Positions 37,320-49,349 of a stretch of 64,000 bases of DNA are shown in pieces. The notes beneath the pieces were generated by a model that did not search any database, had not been told where the DNA came from, and worked only from the letters and a program-made list of their open reading frames with translations. This DNA comes from Centroscyllium fabricii (lineage: Eukaryota). The translations under genes and the position numbers were made by a program. The stretch is taken from contig JBNRSN020000024.1 of assembly GCA_051313645.2 (NCBI GenBank), forward strand, positions 30,752,001-30,816,000, written 5' to 3'. Position 1 is the stretch's first letter. Every line of letters starts with the position of its first letter.

Positions 37320-38015
37320 TAAACAGAGAGCTGATGTGCTTGGTCAGGCCACACTTGGAATACTGTGTCCAGTTTTGATGATCTCACATGGTGGATGATG
37401 GGCTTTGGAAAGGGTGCAGAGGAGAGCCTCAAGGCTAATTCCCAGTCTAAAGCATCTCAGTTATCAAGATAGGATAAAAGAGAGTTGGGACTCTACTCTT
37501 GAAGCATAGACTTAGGGGGATCTGAGTAAGGTTTAGAAGATGGAGGGAATAGATTGTGTTCAGTTGACAGTTTGTTCCAATAGGTTAGGGAGGACCAGGA
37601 GTCACAATTTTAAGTTGTACAAGGCCAGATCTCAGTTAGATGTCAAGAGATGGTTCTCTTCCCAGAGAATAGTGGACCTCTGGAACAGGCTGCCATCTTG
37701 TGCAGTGGATGCCAATATGCTGATTTCCTTCAACCGTGAGCTGGACCTGTTTCTGGCTGGGGCGGAGATCACCTCTTACAAAATGTAGATACTGCAGGGA
37801 ATTCAGGGCCAGAGAGCGATGTCCTGAACTTGTTTTGGTTGCCTAGATGGGTCGGAGAGGAATTTCCCAGACTTTTTCACCCAAATTGGCCTGGTTTTTG
37901 TATCTGGATTTTCCCTCTCCCAGGAGATCACATGGTTTTGGGTCGGGGGAGCATATATTGTGTGGAATAGGTTGAATGGACCAGAGGATCTTTACCCGTC
38001 TATTGTTCATATGTT
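37320..38015 (+). mobile_element. Older CR1 3' fragment
   Basis: LVRPHLEYCVQF, TRSHNFKL, RIVDLWNRLP. Confidence 0.75.
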
Positions 38016-38467
38016 GGTAAAATTCTATCAAATCATTTCTCATGGCTTGGAATTCCTGAGACAGGTTTACATCAGAGCCCATATTTAAAGAAACCCCTGA
38101 AACATACAGGTTTTCAAAGCATGCATCAGGGATTATGGGAATATTCCCTGATCATACCGGAATACAGCAGATCCATTATTCATCGCCTGCTGCGCATGGT
38201 TTTAATAATTTACATTATTGTAACTCGTAGAGACAGTATCTCAGAGCACTTTACAAAACAATGGGACTCGGAGAGAAAACGGAGAAAGAATTAGGGGGGT
38301 GGGGAAGTACAAGCAGAAAAGTTTCAGGAGGCTTTTTAAAAGCAGGAAGGGAGGTGGGGAGACGAGGGCAATTTGGGAAGATTGGTGTCAATAATAGGCG
38401 ATTTTGGGAAGGATGGTGGCAACAATGAGGGACTTTCAGAGCAAGTCCAAGGATGGGTATAGCAAAT

Positions 38468-39900
38468 ACAACAACTTGTATTTATATACAAGTTGAAGTT
38501 CATTAATTCGGCACCCGAAAAACCGGCAACTTCGAACGTCCGGCAATAATTTCCCTGACTGCCCGGCGCATGCGGAAAATGGCCACCGTGATCGATGCTT
38601 TGGCGAATGATCTGCGCATGCGCCGCCGAACGGCAAGCGCATGCGCAGATCATTCACAATGGCCGAACCGATCCCGAGCCTGGCCGCTGCGAGCTTCCCC
38701 GAGCCTGGCCACTGCGAGCTTCCCCGAGCCTGGCCGCTGCGAGTCTCCCCCGAGCCTGGCCGCTGCGAGTCTCCCCCGAGCCTGGCCGCTCAGCGCATGC
38801 GCAGACCACTCAAAATGGCCACCGGCCTTTCGCGGGGGCCATTTTGAATGGTCTGCGCATGCGCTCGCCGAAACTTCAATCGTTCGGGATTTTCACTTGT
38901 CCGGTACGGGCCTGGTCATGCCCGTGCCGGATTAACGAGCTTCAGCCTGAAGCACCTTTAACATAGTAAAACGTCCCAAGGTGCTTCACAGGGTTATTGT
39001 AAGACAAAAAATTTGACACTAAGCCACATAAGGAGAGATTACGGCCGATGGCCAAAAGCTTGGTCAAAGAGGTAGGTTTTAAGGAGCGTCTGGAAGGAAG
39101 AGAGAGGTTTAGGCAAGGAATTCCAGAGTTTAGGGCCTAGGCAACAGAAGGCACGGCCACCGATGGTTGAGCGATTAAAACAGGGATGCTCAAGAGAGCA
39201 GAATTAGAGGAGCGCAGATATCTCGGGGGTTGTGGAACTAAAGGAGATTACAGGGAGGGGCGAGGCCATGGAGGGATTTGAAAACAAGTTTGAAAATTTT
39301 GAAATCGAGGCATTGCTTAACCGGGAGCCAATGTAGGTCAGCAAGCACAGGGGCGATGGGGGAACGGGACTGGCGCGAGTTGGGACACAGGCAACTGAGT
39401 TTTGGATGACCTCAAGCTTACGCAGGTTAGAACGTGGGAGGCCAGCCAGGAGTGCATTGGAATAGTCCAAGTCTAGAGGCAACAAAGGCATGGATCAGGA
39501 TTTCAGCAGCTGAGCTGAGGCAAGCAAGGGTGGAGATGGGCGACGTTACGGAGGTGGAAATAGGCAGGCTTGGTTATTCCGCACATATATGGTCAGAAGC
39601 TCATTCCCGGGTCAAATATGAAACCAAGGTTGTGAACAGTGTGGTTCAGCCTCAGACACATGTTAGGGAGATGGATGGAGTCAGTGGTTAGGGAACAGAA
39701 TTTGTGGCAGGGACCGAAAACAATAGCTTCAGTCTTCCCAATATTTAATTGGGAGAATATTTCTGCTCGCTAGATTTGAGGGAACGAGGGACAGTACCTG
39801 AGGAGAGAGAACCGTTAACAATGTCAGCAACATGTGAGTAAGAAAAGGAAGTTGGGTGATCAGCAGTATGGTAGGAATAGGGAGCAGGAAGTGGTTCTCG
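38468..39900 (-). mobile_element. L2 LINE 3' fragment interrupted by a MITE
   Basis: LDYSNALLAGLP..LRKLEVIQNS; (TTG)n tail. Confidence 0.8.
38489..38949. mobile_element. MITE related to 8215-8580, with internal 25-26-bp tandem repeats
   Basis: Imperfect TIRs CAAGTTGAAGTTCATTAATTCGGCAC / GTGCCGGATTAACGAGCTTCAGCCTG; inserted at a TA in the L2 tail. Confidence 0.85.
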
Positions 39901-40397
39901 GAGTCAGAGTCATTCGGCCCATCGAGTCCGTGCCGGCTCTCTGTAGAGCACTCTAGTCAAACCATTACCCTGCTCTATCCCCATAGCCCTGCAGGTTTAT
40001 TTCCCTCAAGTGCCCCCTTGAAAACATCGAGTGTCTCCACGTCCGTCGGCAGCGAGTTCCAGGTTCTCGCCACTCGCTGCGCAAGAATGCTTTTCCTCAC
40101 ATCCCTGCTGTATCTCTTGCCCAAAACCTTAAATCTGTGTCCCCTAGTCCTTGTACATTCAACTACGGAGAACAACCTTTCCCTGTCTAGCCTATCCAAA
40201 CCCATCATAATCTTGTACACCTCTATCAAATCACCCCTCAACCTCCTTCTCTCAAATGAAAACAAATCCAGCTTCTCCAACCTGTCTTTGTAGCCAAGAT
40301 CCTCCATCCCCGGAACCATTCTGGTAAATGTCCTCTGCACCCTCTCAAGGACCTTCACATCCTTCATAAAATGTTACCACCAGAACTGGACGCAATA

Positions 40398-41266
40398 CGG
40401 ATACACAATCCCTTATCCGCAACTCCGAAAACCGAAATGCTCCAAAAACCGAATGTTTTTTCGGAGCGTCACATGACCTGATTTGCACCAAAATAACGTA
40501 ATCTTTTTTCTCAGCTGGGGATATTGTGCTGTTTTCTGGATCTGAAGTAGCTGGAAATTGGGTATTGTCATCTGTCCCTGCTAGCCAGGATGGTTAGAAT
40601 CCGAACGTTGAAAGTTTTCATCCGCCTCCTCCTCCTCAAGGAGCCGAGGTTCATTTTCGCGGCGATGCTGCTGGCCACCGACATCCTGGCCGCCAAGATG
40701 ACTGCTGGAGCTGGCCCGGTAATGGTTGCTAGGGGAGCGGACGCTGCTGGAGCTGGTCCGGTGACAGTTGCTAGGGGAGCGGACGCTGCTGGAGCTGGCC
40801 CGGTGACGGTTGCTAGGGGAGCGGACGCTGCTGGAGCTGGCCCGGTGATGGTTGCTTGGGGAGCGGACGTTGCTGGAGCTGGTCCGGTGACGGTTGTTAG
40901 GGGAGCGGACACTGCTGGAGCTGGCCCGGTGACGGTTGCTAGGGGAGCGGACGCTGCTGGAGCTGGTCCGGTGACGGTTGCTAGGGGAGCGGATGCTGCT
41001 GGTGCTGGTCCGGTGACGGTTGCTAGGAGCTGCGGACGCTGCTGGAACTGGTCCGGTGACGGTTGCTAGGGGAGCGGACGCTGCTGGAGCTGGTCCGGTG
41101 ACGGTTGCTAGGGGAGCGGACGCTGCTGGAGCTGGCCCGGTGACGGTTGCTAGTTTCAGTGCGTAATTCAACACATGCGCACTGGGCACCAACCCAAAAA
41201 CCGAAATTATCCGAAAACCGAAGACCGCCCAGTCCCGAGGTCTTCAGATAAACGATTGTGTACCTG
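40398..41266. mobile_element. Tigger-like non-autonomous element (TIR family of 35635) carrying a minisatellite
   Basis: TIR CGGATACACAATCCCTTATCC / GATAAACGATTGTGTACCTG, TA TSD. Confidence 0.88.
40700..41153. repeat. 42-bp GC-rich minisatellite, ~11 units
   Basis: GACGCTGCTGGAGCTGGYCCGGTGACGGTTGCTAGGGGAGCG. Confidence 0.95.
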
Positions 41267-42156
41267 TACTACAGTTGTGGCCTAACCAGTGATTTATAAA
41301 GGTTCAGCATACTTTCTCTACTTTTGTACTCAATACCTCTATTTATGAAGCCCAAGATCCCATATGCTCTGTTAACCACTCTCCCAATATGTCCCACCAC
41401 CTTCAGGGACCTATGTACATTAACTCCCAGGTCCCTCTGTCCCTGCACACTCTTTAAATCTGGGCCATTAAGTGTATTTTGCCTCTCCCTGTTCCTTCTA
41501 CCAAAATGCATAACCTCACACTTCTCTGTATTAAATTCCATCTACCACGTGTCTGTCAATTATGCTAGACTTTCTATGTCCTGTTGCAGTCGATTGGTAT
41601 CATCCTCACTGATTGCCACACCCCCAAGATTGGTGTCATTGGCAAATTTAGAAATTCTCCTCTGTATTCCAATATCCAGGTCATTATATATATATATATA
41701 TATATATCAAAACAAGCAGTGACCCCAGCACTGACCCTTGAGGAACACCACTGTCTACCATCCCCCAGTCTGAAAAACAGCCATTTACCACAACTCACTG
41801 TTTTCTATCCTTAAGCCAATTCCTTATCCAAGGTGTCACTGACCCACCTATTCCATGAGCCTCAATTTTGTTAACCAGCCTTCTGTGTAATACTTTGTCA
41901 AACGTCTTCAGAAAATCCATGTGGACAACATCCATTGTATTCACTTAATCAATCCTCCCTGTTATTTCATCAAAAAATTCAATTCGATTAGTCAAACACG
42001 ATCTGCCTTTTACAAATCCATGTGGGCTCTCCTTAATTAGCTTAAACCTCTCTGAGTGCCCATTGATTTTTTTCCTTGAGTATTGTTTCGAAAACTTTAC
42101 CCACAACTAATGTTAAACTGACCGGCCTGTACTTACTTGGATTGTCCTTACACCCA

Positions 42157-43575
42157 GACTCTGGAACAGTTCCCATGGATTGGAGGGTAGCAAATGTAAC
42201 CCCACCAAAAGATGGTAGAGAGTAAACGGGGAATTATAGACCGGTAAGCCTGACATCGGTAGTGGGGAAAATGCTAGAGTCCATCATAAAAGATGTTATA
42301 GCAGAGCACTTGGAAAACAGTGACAGGATCGGACAAAGTCAACATGGTAAATCTTGCTTGACTAATCTACTGGAATTTCTTGAGGATGTAACTGGTAGAA
42401 TAGATAAGGGAGAACCAGTGGATGTGGTGTATTTGGACTTTCAGAAGGCTTTCGATAAGGTCCCGCATAAGAGATTAGCATGTAAAGTTAAAGCACATGG
42501 GATTGGGGGTAAGGGGCCGACTTGGGTAGAGAACTGGTTGGTAGACAGGAAGCAAAGAGTTGGTATAAATGGGTCTTTTGCTGAGTGGCAGGCAGTGACT
42601 ACTGGGGTACCGCAGGGATCAGTCCTAGGACCCCAGCTATTCACAATATATATATTAATGATCTAGACGAGGGAACTAGATGTAATAGCTCCAAGTTTGC
42701 AGACACAAAGCTGAGTGGGCGTGTGTGCTGTGAGGAGGATGCCGAGAAACTCCAGTATGATTTGGACAGGTTGGGTGATTATACTGCATCTGCCCAATGT
42801 GGATAAATGCGAGGTTATCCACTTTGGTAGCAAAAACAGGAAGGCAGATTATTATCTAAATGGCAATAGTTTGGGAGAAGGGGAAGTGCAACGAGACCTG
42901 GGTGTCCTTGTGCACCAGTCGCTGAAGGTAAGCATGCAGGTGCAGCAGGCGATTAAGAAGGCAAATGGTATGTTGTCCTTCATAGCAAGAGGATTTGAGT
43001 ACAGGAGCAAGGATGTCTTGCTGCAGTTGTACAGGGTCTTGGTGAGACCACACCTGGAGTATTGTGTGCAGTTTTGGTCGCCTTATCTGAGGAAGGATGT
43101 TCTTGCCATGGAGGGAGTGCAGCGAAGATTCACCAGACTGATACCTAGGATGGCAGGAATGATACATGAGGAGAGATTTGGTCGATTGGGCTTTAACTCG
43201 CTGGAGTTTAGAAGAGAGGAGATCTCATTGAAACTTATAAAATTCTAACAGGACTAGACAGACTAGATGCAGGAAGGATGTTCCCGATGGCGGGGGAGTC
43301 CAGAACTAGTGGTCACAGTCTAAAGATAATGGGTAAGCCATTTAGGACAGAGATGAGGAGGAAGTTCTTCATCCAGAGAATGGTGAACCTGTGGAATTCT
43401 CTACCACAAAAGGCAGTTGAGGTCAATTCATTAAATATATTCAAGAAGGAGATAGATATATTTTTTAAGGCTAAAAGGATCAAGGGATATGGGGAGAAAG
43501 CAGGGACAGGGTACTGAATTTCGATGATCAGCTATGATCTCATTAAATGGCGGAGCAGGCTCGAGGGGCTGAATG
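42157..43575 (+). mobile_element. CR1 LINE, 5'-truncated
   Basis: DWRVANVTP, YLDFQKAFDKVPH, GVPQGSVLGPQLF, RPHLEYCVQFWSP; 3' UTR matches the long V-SINE tail. Confidence 0.92.
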
Positions 43576-43649
43576 TTTCTAGCCAGGTCTTCACACTAAA
43601 AGAAATGGGGGTTGTTATGCCCACCAGTGAGGTGGTTGGGGACTGTTCC

Positions 43650-45590
43650 CATGCACTGGAGAAGCTACATATGATCATATTTAAGAAGAGGATCACGTCA
43701 GATCCTGGAAATTATAGGCCAATTAAATAGAACTCAATCATAGGCTAGGTGCTGGATGGAATTATTAGAGACGTGCTGTGCGATCATTTGGGCAGGGCAG
43801 AGGATATTGGGGAAGCCCTACATGGCTTTTGGAAATGGAGGTCTCATGTCACCAATGTGTTTGCTTTTTTTTGATGAGTTAACAAACCTGTTGAAATTGT
43901 GCATTTTGATTTTCAAAAAGCCTACAATAAAGTTCTGCATAGAAGGAAGTTAGGTAAGGTTGCATCCTATGGCATTGGCAGTCAAGATGAAAAGTGAAAT
44001 AGTTGCATTCATGCAAGCAGAGATATTAATTGTGGCAGTTATACGTAGGTTCAGGTCACGAGTGGAACCCTGCAGTGATCCGTATTACGACTGCTGCGCT
44101 TTGCGATCTGGATCAATGATTTGGTATATTTCTTAAATTTGCTAGGTGTGTGTGTGGGGTTAGGACAGTGGACAAAATAGATAGTCTGCAGGCCGATCTA
44201 GATCCACTGGGAGAATAGGTCCGGTGTGGCAGATGCTCTCCAATGTGGATAAATGCAGTGTGTTACATAAGAACATAAGAAGTAGGAGCAGGAATAGGCC
44301 ATACGTTCCTGCTCCGCCATTTAATAGGATGATGGCTGATCCGAACTTAGATTCACATCCACTTCCCTGCCCGCTCCCCGTAACCCCTTATTCCCTGGGA
44401 GTTGTCTATTTCCGATTTAAATTTATTTAATGTCCCAGCTTCTACAGCTCGCTGAGGCAGCACATTCCACAGACTCACCACCCTCTGAGTGAAGAAATTC
44501 CTCCTTATCTCAGTTTTGAAAAGGCAGCCCCTTATTCTCAGATTATGCCCCCTAGTTCTAGTCTTACCCATCAGTGGAAACATCCTCACTGCATCCACCC
44601 GATCAAGCCCCCTCACAATCTTATGTTTCAATAAGTTCCAGCTGGGTGGTGGTAATTCATGGCATGTGTCACCATTCAGGGTCACCACGTAAAGCTGCAG
44701 AGCAGGAGGGGGATCTGGGGGTTGGAGTTCATGAAACACTGTCACAAGGCGACAGAGTGGCATCTACAGCCAAGACAGTTAAATACAAAATTAGAAATAC
44801 AACACTTACCCTAGACAGTTTGAGCACCGGTAATCCGGCACCCGATGGTCCAGCAGCTTCAGTGGTTCGGCACGATTGGAAACCGGCACTCTTCATTTTG
44901 CAGAGCAGCCGCTTGGCGGCACCACCATTTCCTGCAAAGGGTGAGCCAGCGCCAAAGGCGTCGGACGTTTGGGTTGCTGTTATTTTAGGTCTTGTAAGTG
45001 TTCTATCCCCGGGCTCCCTCCCGGGGAGTGTTCTACCCGCGCGCTCCGGGCCCCAGCGAGTGTTCTACCGTGCGCTCCGGGCCCCGGGGAGTGTTCTACC
45101 GCGCGCTCCCCCCGAACCATCAGTGGTTCGGAATTTTCAGTGGCCCAGCACCGGCCTGGTCCAGAGGGTGCTGGATTAACGGTGCTCAACCTGTACAAGA
45201 TCTTGGTACAGCCAAATCTAGTTTTGGTCCCCGCACAGAGAGGAACATTGAAGCTCTGGAGAAGGTCGGGAGGATGGCCAACCAAATTATAACTAGTCTT
45301 GGGGCTCTTGGTTATCAGGTAACTGTATTTTTTAGCACCGAAGAAATGTAGGTATAATTGAGCTTTATGTCTCATTGGATAGGTTACTGCAGTCTCCTGG
45401 AGCTTGTTTGATTGCCTTTGGGGATTGGAGAAGAATTTTCCAGAGTTTTTTCCGAAATTGCCCAGAGGCGTTTTTCGCCTCACATGAGATTATGTGACTG
45501 TCTGGGAGGGGGATAATGCCCCATGTCTGGATGGGACAGATTTGATGGACCAGTTGGTCTTTTATTGTCCTTTTTTGTCTGTTATGTTTC
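43650..45590 (+). mobile_element. Old CR1 interrupted by a younger CR1 3' end (44266-44630, minus) and a MITE
   Basis: DPGNYRPI, VDKCSVLH, EGDLGVGVH, LYKILV.P.L remnants in order. Confidence 0.65.
44816..45193. mobile_element. MITE (TIR family of 8215) with ~30-bp tandem repeats
   Basis: CAGTTTGAGCACCGGTAATCCGGCACC / GGTGCTGGATTAACGGTGCTCAACCTG; unit gagtgttctaccgcgcgctccgggcccc. Confidence 0.85.
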
Positions 45591-45599
45591 ACATGTTGA

Positions 45600-46440
45600 A
45601 TATTGCACAGGAGAGGGTACTGGCAGTGTTCAAACCAATGGTTTCACTGGCACACATGTGGAAGTTTCTGCTGCCCATGGATGATGGTGTCAAGAGGCAG
45701 CCTGTAAATAATGAAATAGAGCAGACTGTAGATGGAGCCCTGGATGTGATGAGGTGGACAAGGGCTGGGTGGAGATGGGAAAAAATTGGAGTCAGGATCT
45801 TGGTTGGGAGAAGGAGTGATGTCAAAAGGGGAATAGCCTTGATGTTGGACATGAAGTCCAGAAGTTCCTAACATTCAGTGTGAGTTGTGGAAGGGGGACG
45901 TAAAAGCATATAATGATAGAGCAGATTAGCGATGGGAGTGAAGGAGTTTGGTAAGCTATGCAGGCTGATCTTTATGGATTTGGTCGTACAGAGGAAGCAA
46001 CAGTAGTCAAGTAGAGAAGTAGTCAAGTCAAATCTGGCGGCAGACGGTCAAGATATTCTCTCTCATGCATATTCAAGCTTGCAGCCCATAGATCTGAAGC
46101 CACAGATGTGGATGTTATACTGAGTGAGCAGTGGCAATGGGAGATTGTCCTGTAGCTGGTAGGGTTGACGGTGGAGGGGAAATAAATTGTGAATAAGACT
46201 GATGGAGTAGGGGGGGGGTCGACTAGAGATGGGGAAGTCTGGTGTTTTAGAGCATATTGTGAGGAAGTTGGGGGTTGCAGTTTTTTAAAATAAGGAAGTG
46301 AGAGTAAAGGGGTATGGGATGGGCAAGTGATGTGTCAGAGGAAGTGACAGAAGACTTTGGAGTTCTTGAGGATATGTGTAGTGACAGGTGAAGGTGGCGG
46401 TCAGGTCTGTGGGTGGGTGAGTCAAACTGGAGTGAGTCAC
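45600..46440 (-). mobile_element. Degenerate L2 ORF2 fragment
   Basis: Pyrimidine-rich minus strand with PLDTII-like motif, homologous in style to 56250-56300. Confidence 0.45.
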
Positions 46441-46834
46441 ATTTGGAGATTTTTAACTATTTTCCAAGGAAGGAATTTGGGGATTAATTTATATGATGTT
46501 GCTGCAATTAAATTAAATTAAGTTCACGAGGTGGTCAGAAACATACAAGTTACCTATGATGCCACTTTAGATAACAAATTAAGCTGTCTACCAGCCATCT
46601 CAAAATTGTGTTAATTTACATATCAGATTAGCTTAATTAACAGGGATCACCCACCACCACTTAGAGATATAACTGTGATGCAAGAATGGCTTTGATTCAC
46701 TGAGCACGGCAGGGGTCTCAGCTAGCCAGGCACTGTAGGTGCCATGGCACACTCACCAAATGGGAACAGTTCCTCATTCAAGGTGGTAATTTTCATTGGC
46801 AGCTCAGCATGCCAATCATTGACAGAGTGTGATA

Positions 46835-47236
46835 GGCACGGTGGCATAGTGGTTAGCATTGTTGCCTTACAGCACTAGAGACCCGGGTTCAAATCCAGCC
46901 TCGGGTACTATCTGTGTGGAGTTTGCACATTCTCCCCGTGTCTGCGTGGGTTTCCTCCGGGTGCTCCGGTTTCCTCCCACAGTCCAAAGATGTGTGGGTT
47001 AGGTTGATTGGCCAGGATAAATTGACCCTTAGTGTTAGGGGGATTAAATATGTGGGGTTGCGGGTATAGGGTGGGATATGTGTCGGTGCAGGCTCGAGAG
47101 AGATCGAGGGGTATGGTGAGGGGGCAGGGGTGGGTGCTGGGTTTGGATGATCAGCCATGATCTCATTGAATGGCGGAGCAGGCTCGAAGGGCTGAATGGC
47201 CTACTCCTGCTCCTATCTTCTATGTTTCTATGTTTC
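46835..47236 (+). mobile_element. V-SINE with long CR1 tail
   Basis: A/B boxes, V-domain, (TTTCTATG)n. Confidence 0.92.
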
Positions 47237-48502
47237 CCTGCCCCCCACTCTTCGCCATCACCCTCTCTCTACGTTTCTATCTGAAACAAATGAGACAGAA
47301 AAGTCTTGCTTTCTAACATTCGTGCTAATCAGCTAGGAATACTGGCATGTAAAATGAAATAGGCACATGTCAAATGCAAAGTTTCCATAATGTATTATTT
47401 TGATGTTAAGAGGACTGACAGGAATTGGGTAAAACTCAGTGAAAACTGCATTTGTTTATTCATGTAAAAAAGTTTCTTGGAATGGCTGGGGACATCGAAC
47501 CAAAAATAAATATCTAGTGCTGATCTGAATTTTGTAACGGAAAGGTTGAGAAAGATTAGGAAGGCAAGTAAGTCAGGGGAGGATATTTAGTTTAGATAGT
47601 AGAGATTAAGGTCACCGAGAGCAAGTTGTTGGTCTGAACAGAGATATTGAGGGGATAATTAGGAGAAGATTCAAATGAAGTAATAACCTTGAAGGGAGAC
47701 TGCGAGTTCACTGGGGAGCCGTTAAGGGGAGACTTACTGAGGGCCCGGATTGGAAACAAGAGCGGGGATGGAGGAGGAGGTCAGAGAAATTTACTCCACA
47801 GGAGCAAGATAGTGGAGGATAAACCAATATTGGGAAGAAAGCAGTTTGGGTGACTTGCCAGTAGCATGTGATATGAGCTAAACGATGCCCAGTTTGAGGT
47901 CTGTTCAGGAGAGGAGATCTTGGAACCGTGGAGGGAAAGGCAATGGGAGACCATCGGGGAAGACCAGGTGCAATAGCAGGCAGTGACCACGGAGGAGGCG
48001 CTAACGCGCGGTCAAAAAGCAGACCGTTAACCGGTCTGTTAAAAACTCCATCCACCACTTCGAAAGAAGATACGACAAGAAGAAGAAGAGGTAGAGGGGG
48101 TGGGATTGGGGGAATTGGGTGAGCAAAGAATGATTTGCTTGGCGGGGATGGAGAATGAAAGACGCAGACACATGGATGGAAGGTGTGAAGCAGGAAAGGG
48201 AAAGTTGGGCAGCGGAGTTCAATTTCCAGCAGTATCCATCTGTGCATAAGCAGAATCGAGCAAGAGAGTTTCGAGGAGGTTAGGGCTGCTGTGGTTGGTG
48301 CAAGCTTCGGAGTAATTCAGTCCCACAATCCTGCAGTGCAAGTGTTCTTGCCCCATCACCTCTCAACCTCGAGTGACTCAACCACCATCCTGGCCTCAAG
48401 TGTTTAGTCCGGTCATGTGCTAATTAGAGTGCAGCAGCCATGTCATGAACCAGTCCAAGTAACCATTTTCACCTTGTTGTTTAGCCATAAGAATGAACTC
48501 AC

Positions 48503-48599
48503 TTGTAATTGCTGTTGACTTCACTAACTCTCCAGACATTTTGCAGATCAAAACGCATTCTTTCCACCTCCATCTCAAACCGGTGGCAAACATGATCTC
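48503..48599 (-). CDS. MTMR4: MTMR4 coding exon, 97 nt
   Basis: (G)DHVCHRFEMEVERMRFDLQNVWRVSEVNSNY(K); acceptor cttcag, donor gtgag; phase 1/2. Confidence 0.93.
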
Positions 48600-48747
48600 C
48601 TGAAGAAACACAAGAGGAAATGACACAGTCATGGTGAACTATAATACAACACAGCAAATAAATATTAAAAGACTGTTTATTTTGACACTTCCTTTGGCTT
48701 CATAGTTGTGCATAGTTCCCTTCATTAGCCAGGACAGCAGTACAAGC

Positions 48748-48974
48748 TGTTGTGTATGTGCCTTTAAGTTGTTATACTGGGCACTACTTTATGTGGTGCC
48801 GTGATACTGTAGTACTTAGGCCAACCACTAGTGTATATATAAGTTTGTGCATGGAGCGATATGCTCAGTTTCAGTTTACGTTCCATACTCTGTAGTTGAA
48901 GAATAAACACCTCTTTGTTTTACACCCTGGAGTCGAGTCCGTTGTTATAGGAGACACATAGCACGGACTTAACA
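48748..48974 (+). mobile_element. Solo LTR (227 bp)
   Basis: TGTT...AACA ends, 5-bp TSD CAAGC, TATATATAA and AATAAA. Confidence 0.85.
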
Positions 48975-49182
48975 CAAGCGAGACCACACAACCCACTTCA
49001 TTTGGCAGAAGTTATCTACTCAATGTGATAGCAAAGACACAAAAATGATTCTTAGGTGGCATACCAAGAACTGCCAAAAATCAAACAACAGGCTCTCTCT
49101 CCCCAGTACATGTCACAGCCCTCCTACCCATCATTCCCTCCCCGGCTCATCATTTACTGGTTACCATTACTTTTCAACTCAC

Positions 49183-49349
49183 CTGGACGACAGAGGTGCA
49201 CATGCTGATCTTCCTCGTCTGCACAGATTCCCAGGCACCAGGCATGATACGCAAAGGCAAACAAATCTTCCAGTCTGGTCGGGTGGGCAATCACTTTGTT
49301 TAATCTCTTCAGCCATTCCTGACATTGTTTAAATGTAGAAAAATGGCAC
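49183..49349 (-). CDS. MTMR4: MTMR4 coding exon, 167 nt
   Basis: CHFSTFKQCQEWLKRLNKVIAHPTRLEDLFAFAYHAWCLGICADEEDQHVHLCRP; acceptor ccacag, donor gtgag; phase 2/1. Confidence 0.94.

Larger units (their letters stand above)
39900..42155 (-). mobile_element. CR1 LINE (same subfamily as 2862-4310) split by a MITE
   Basis: YRPVSL to TRGHRFK; RPQLEYCVQF interrupted at a TA. Confidence 0.9.

Noticed and set aside
40568-41192. 114-203-aa ORFs as a mucin-like host gene
   Set aside because: Produced by a 42-bp minisatellite inside a TIR element; no splice or promoter support
44574-45483. Overlapping 107-201-aa ORFs
   Set aside because: They span a MITE with GC-rich tandem repeats and decayed CR1, so they are chance open frames
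47708-48247. 179-aa proline-rich ORF
   Set aside because: Low-complexity translation of a pyrimidine-rich strand, probably an old L2 5' region; no recognisable domain
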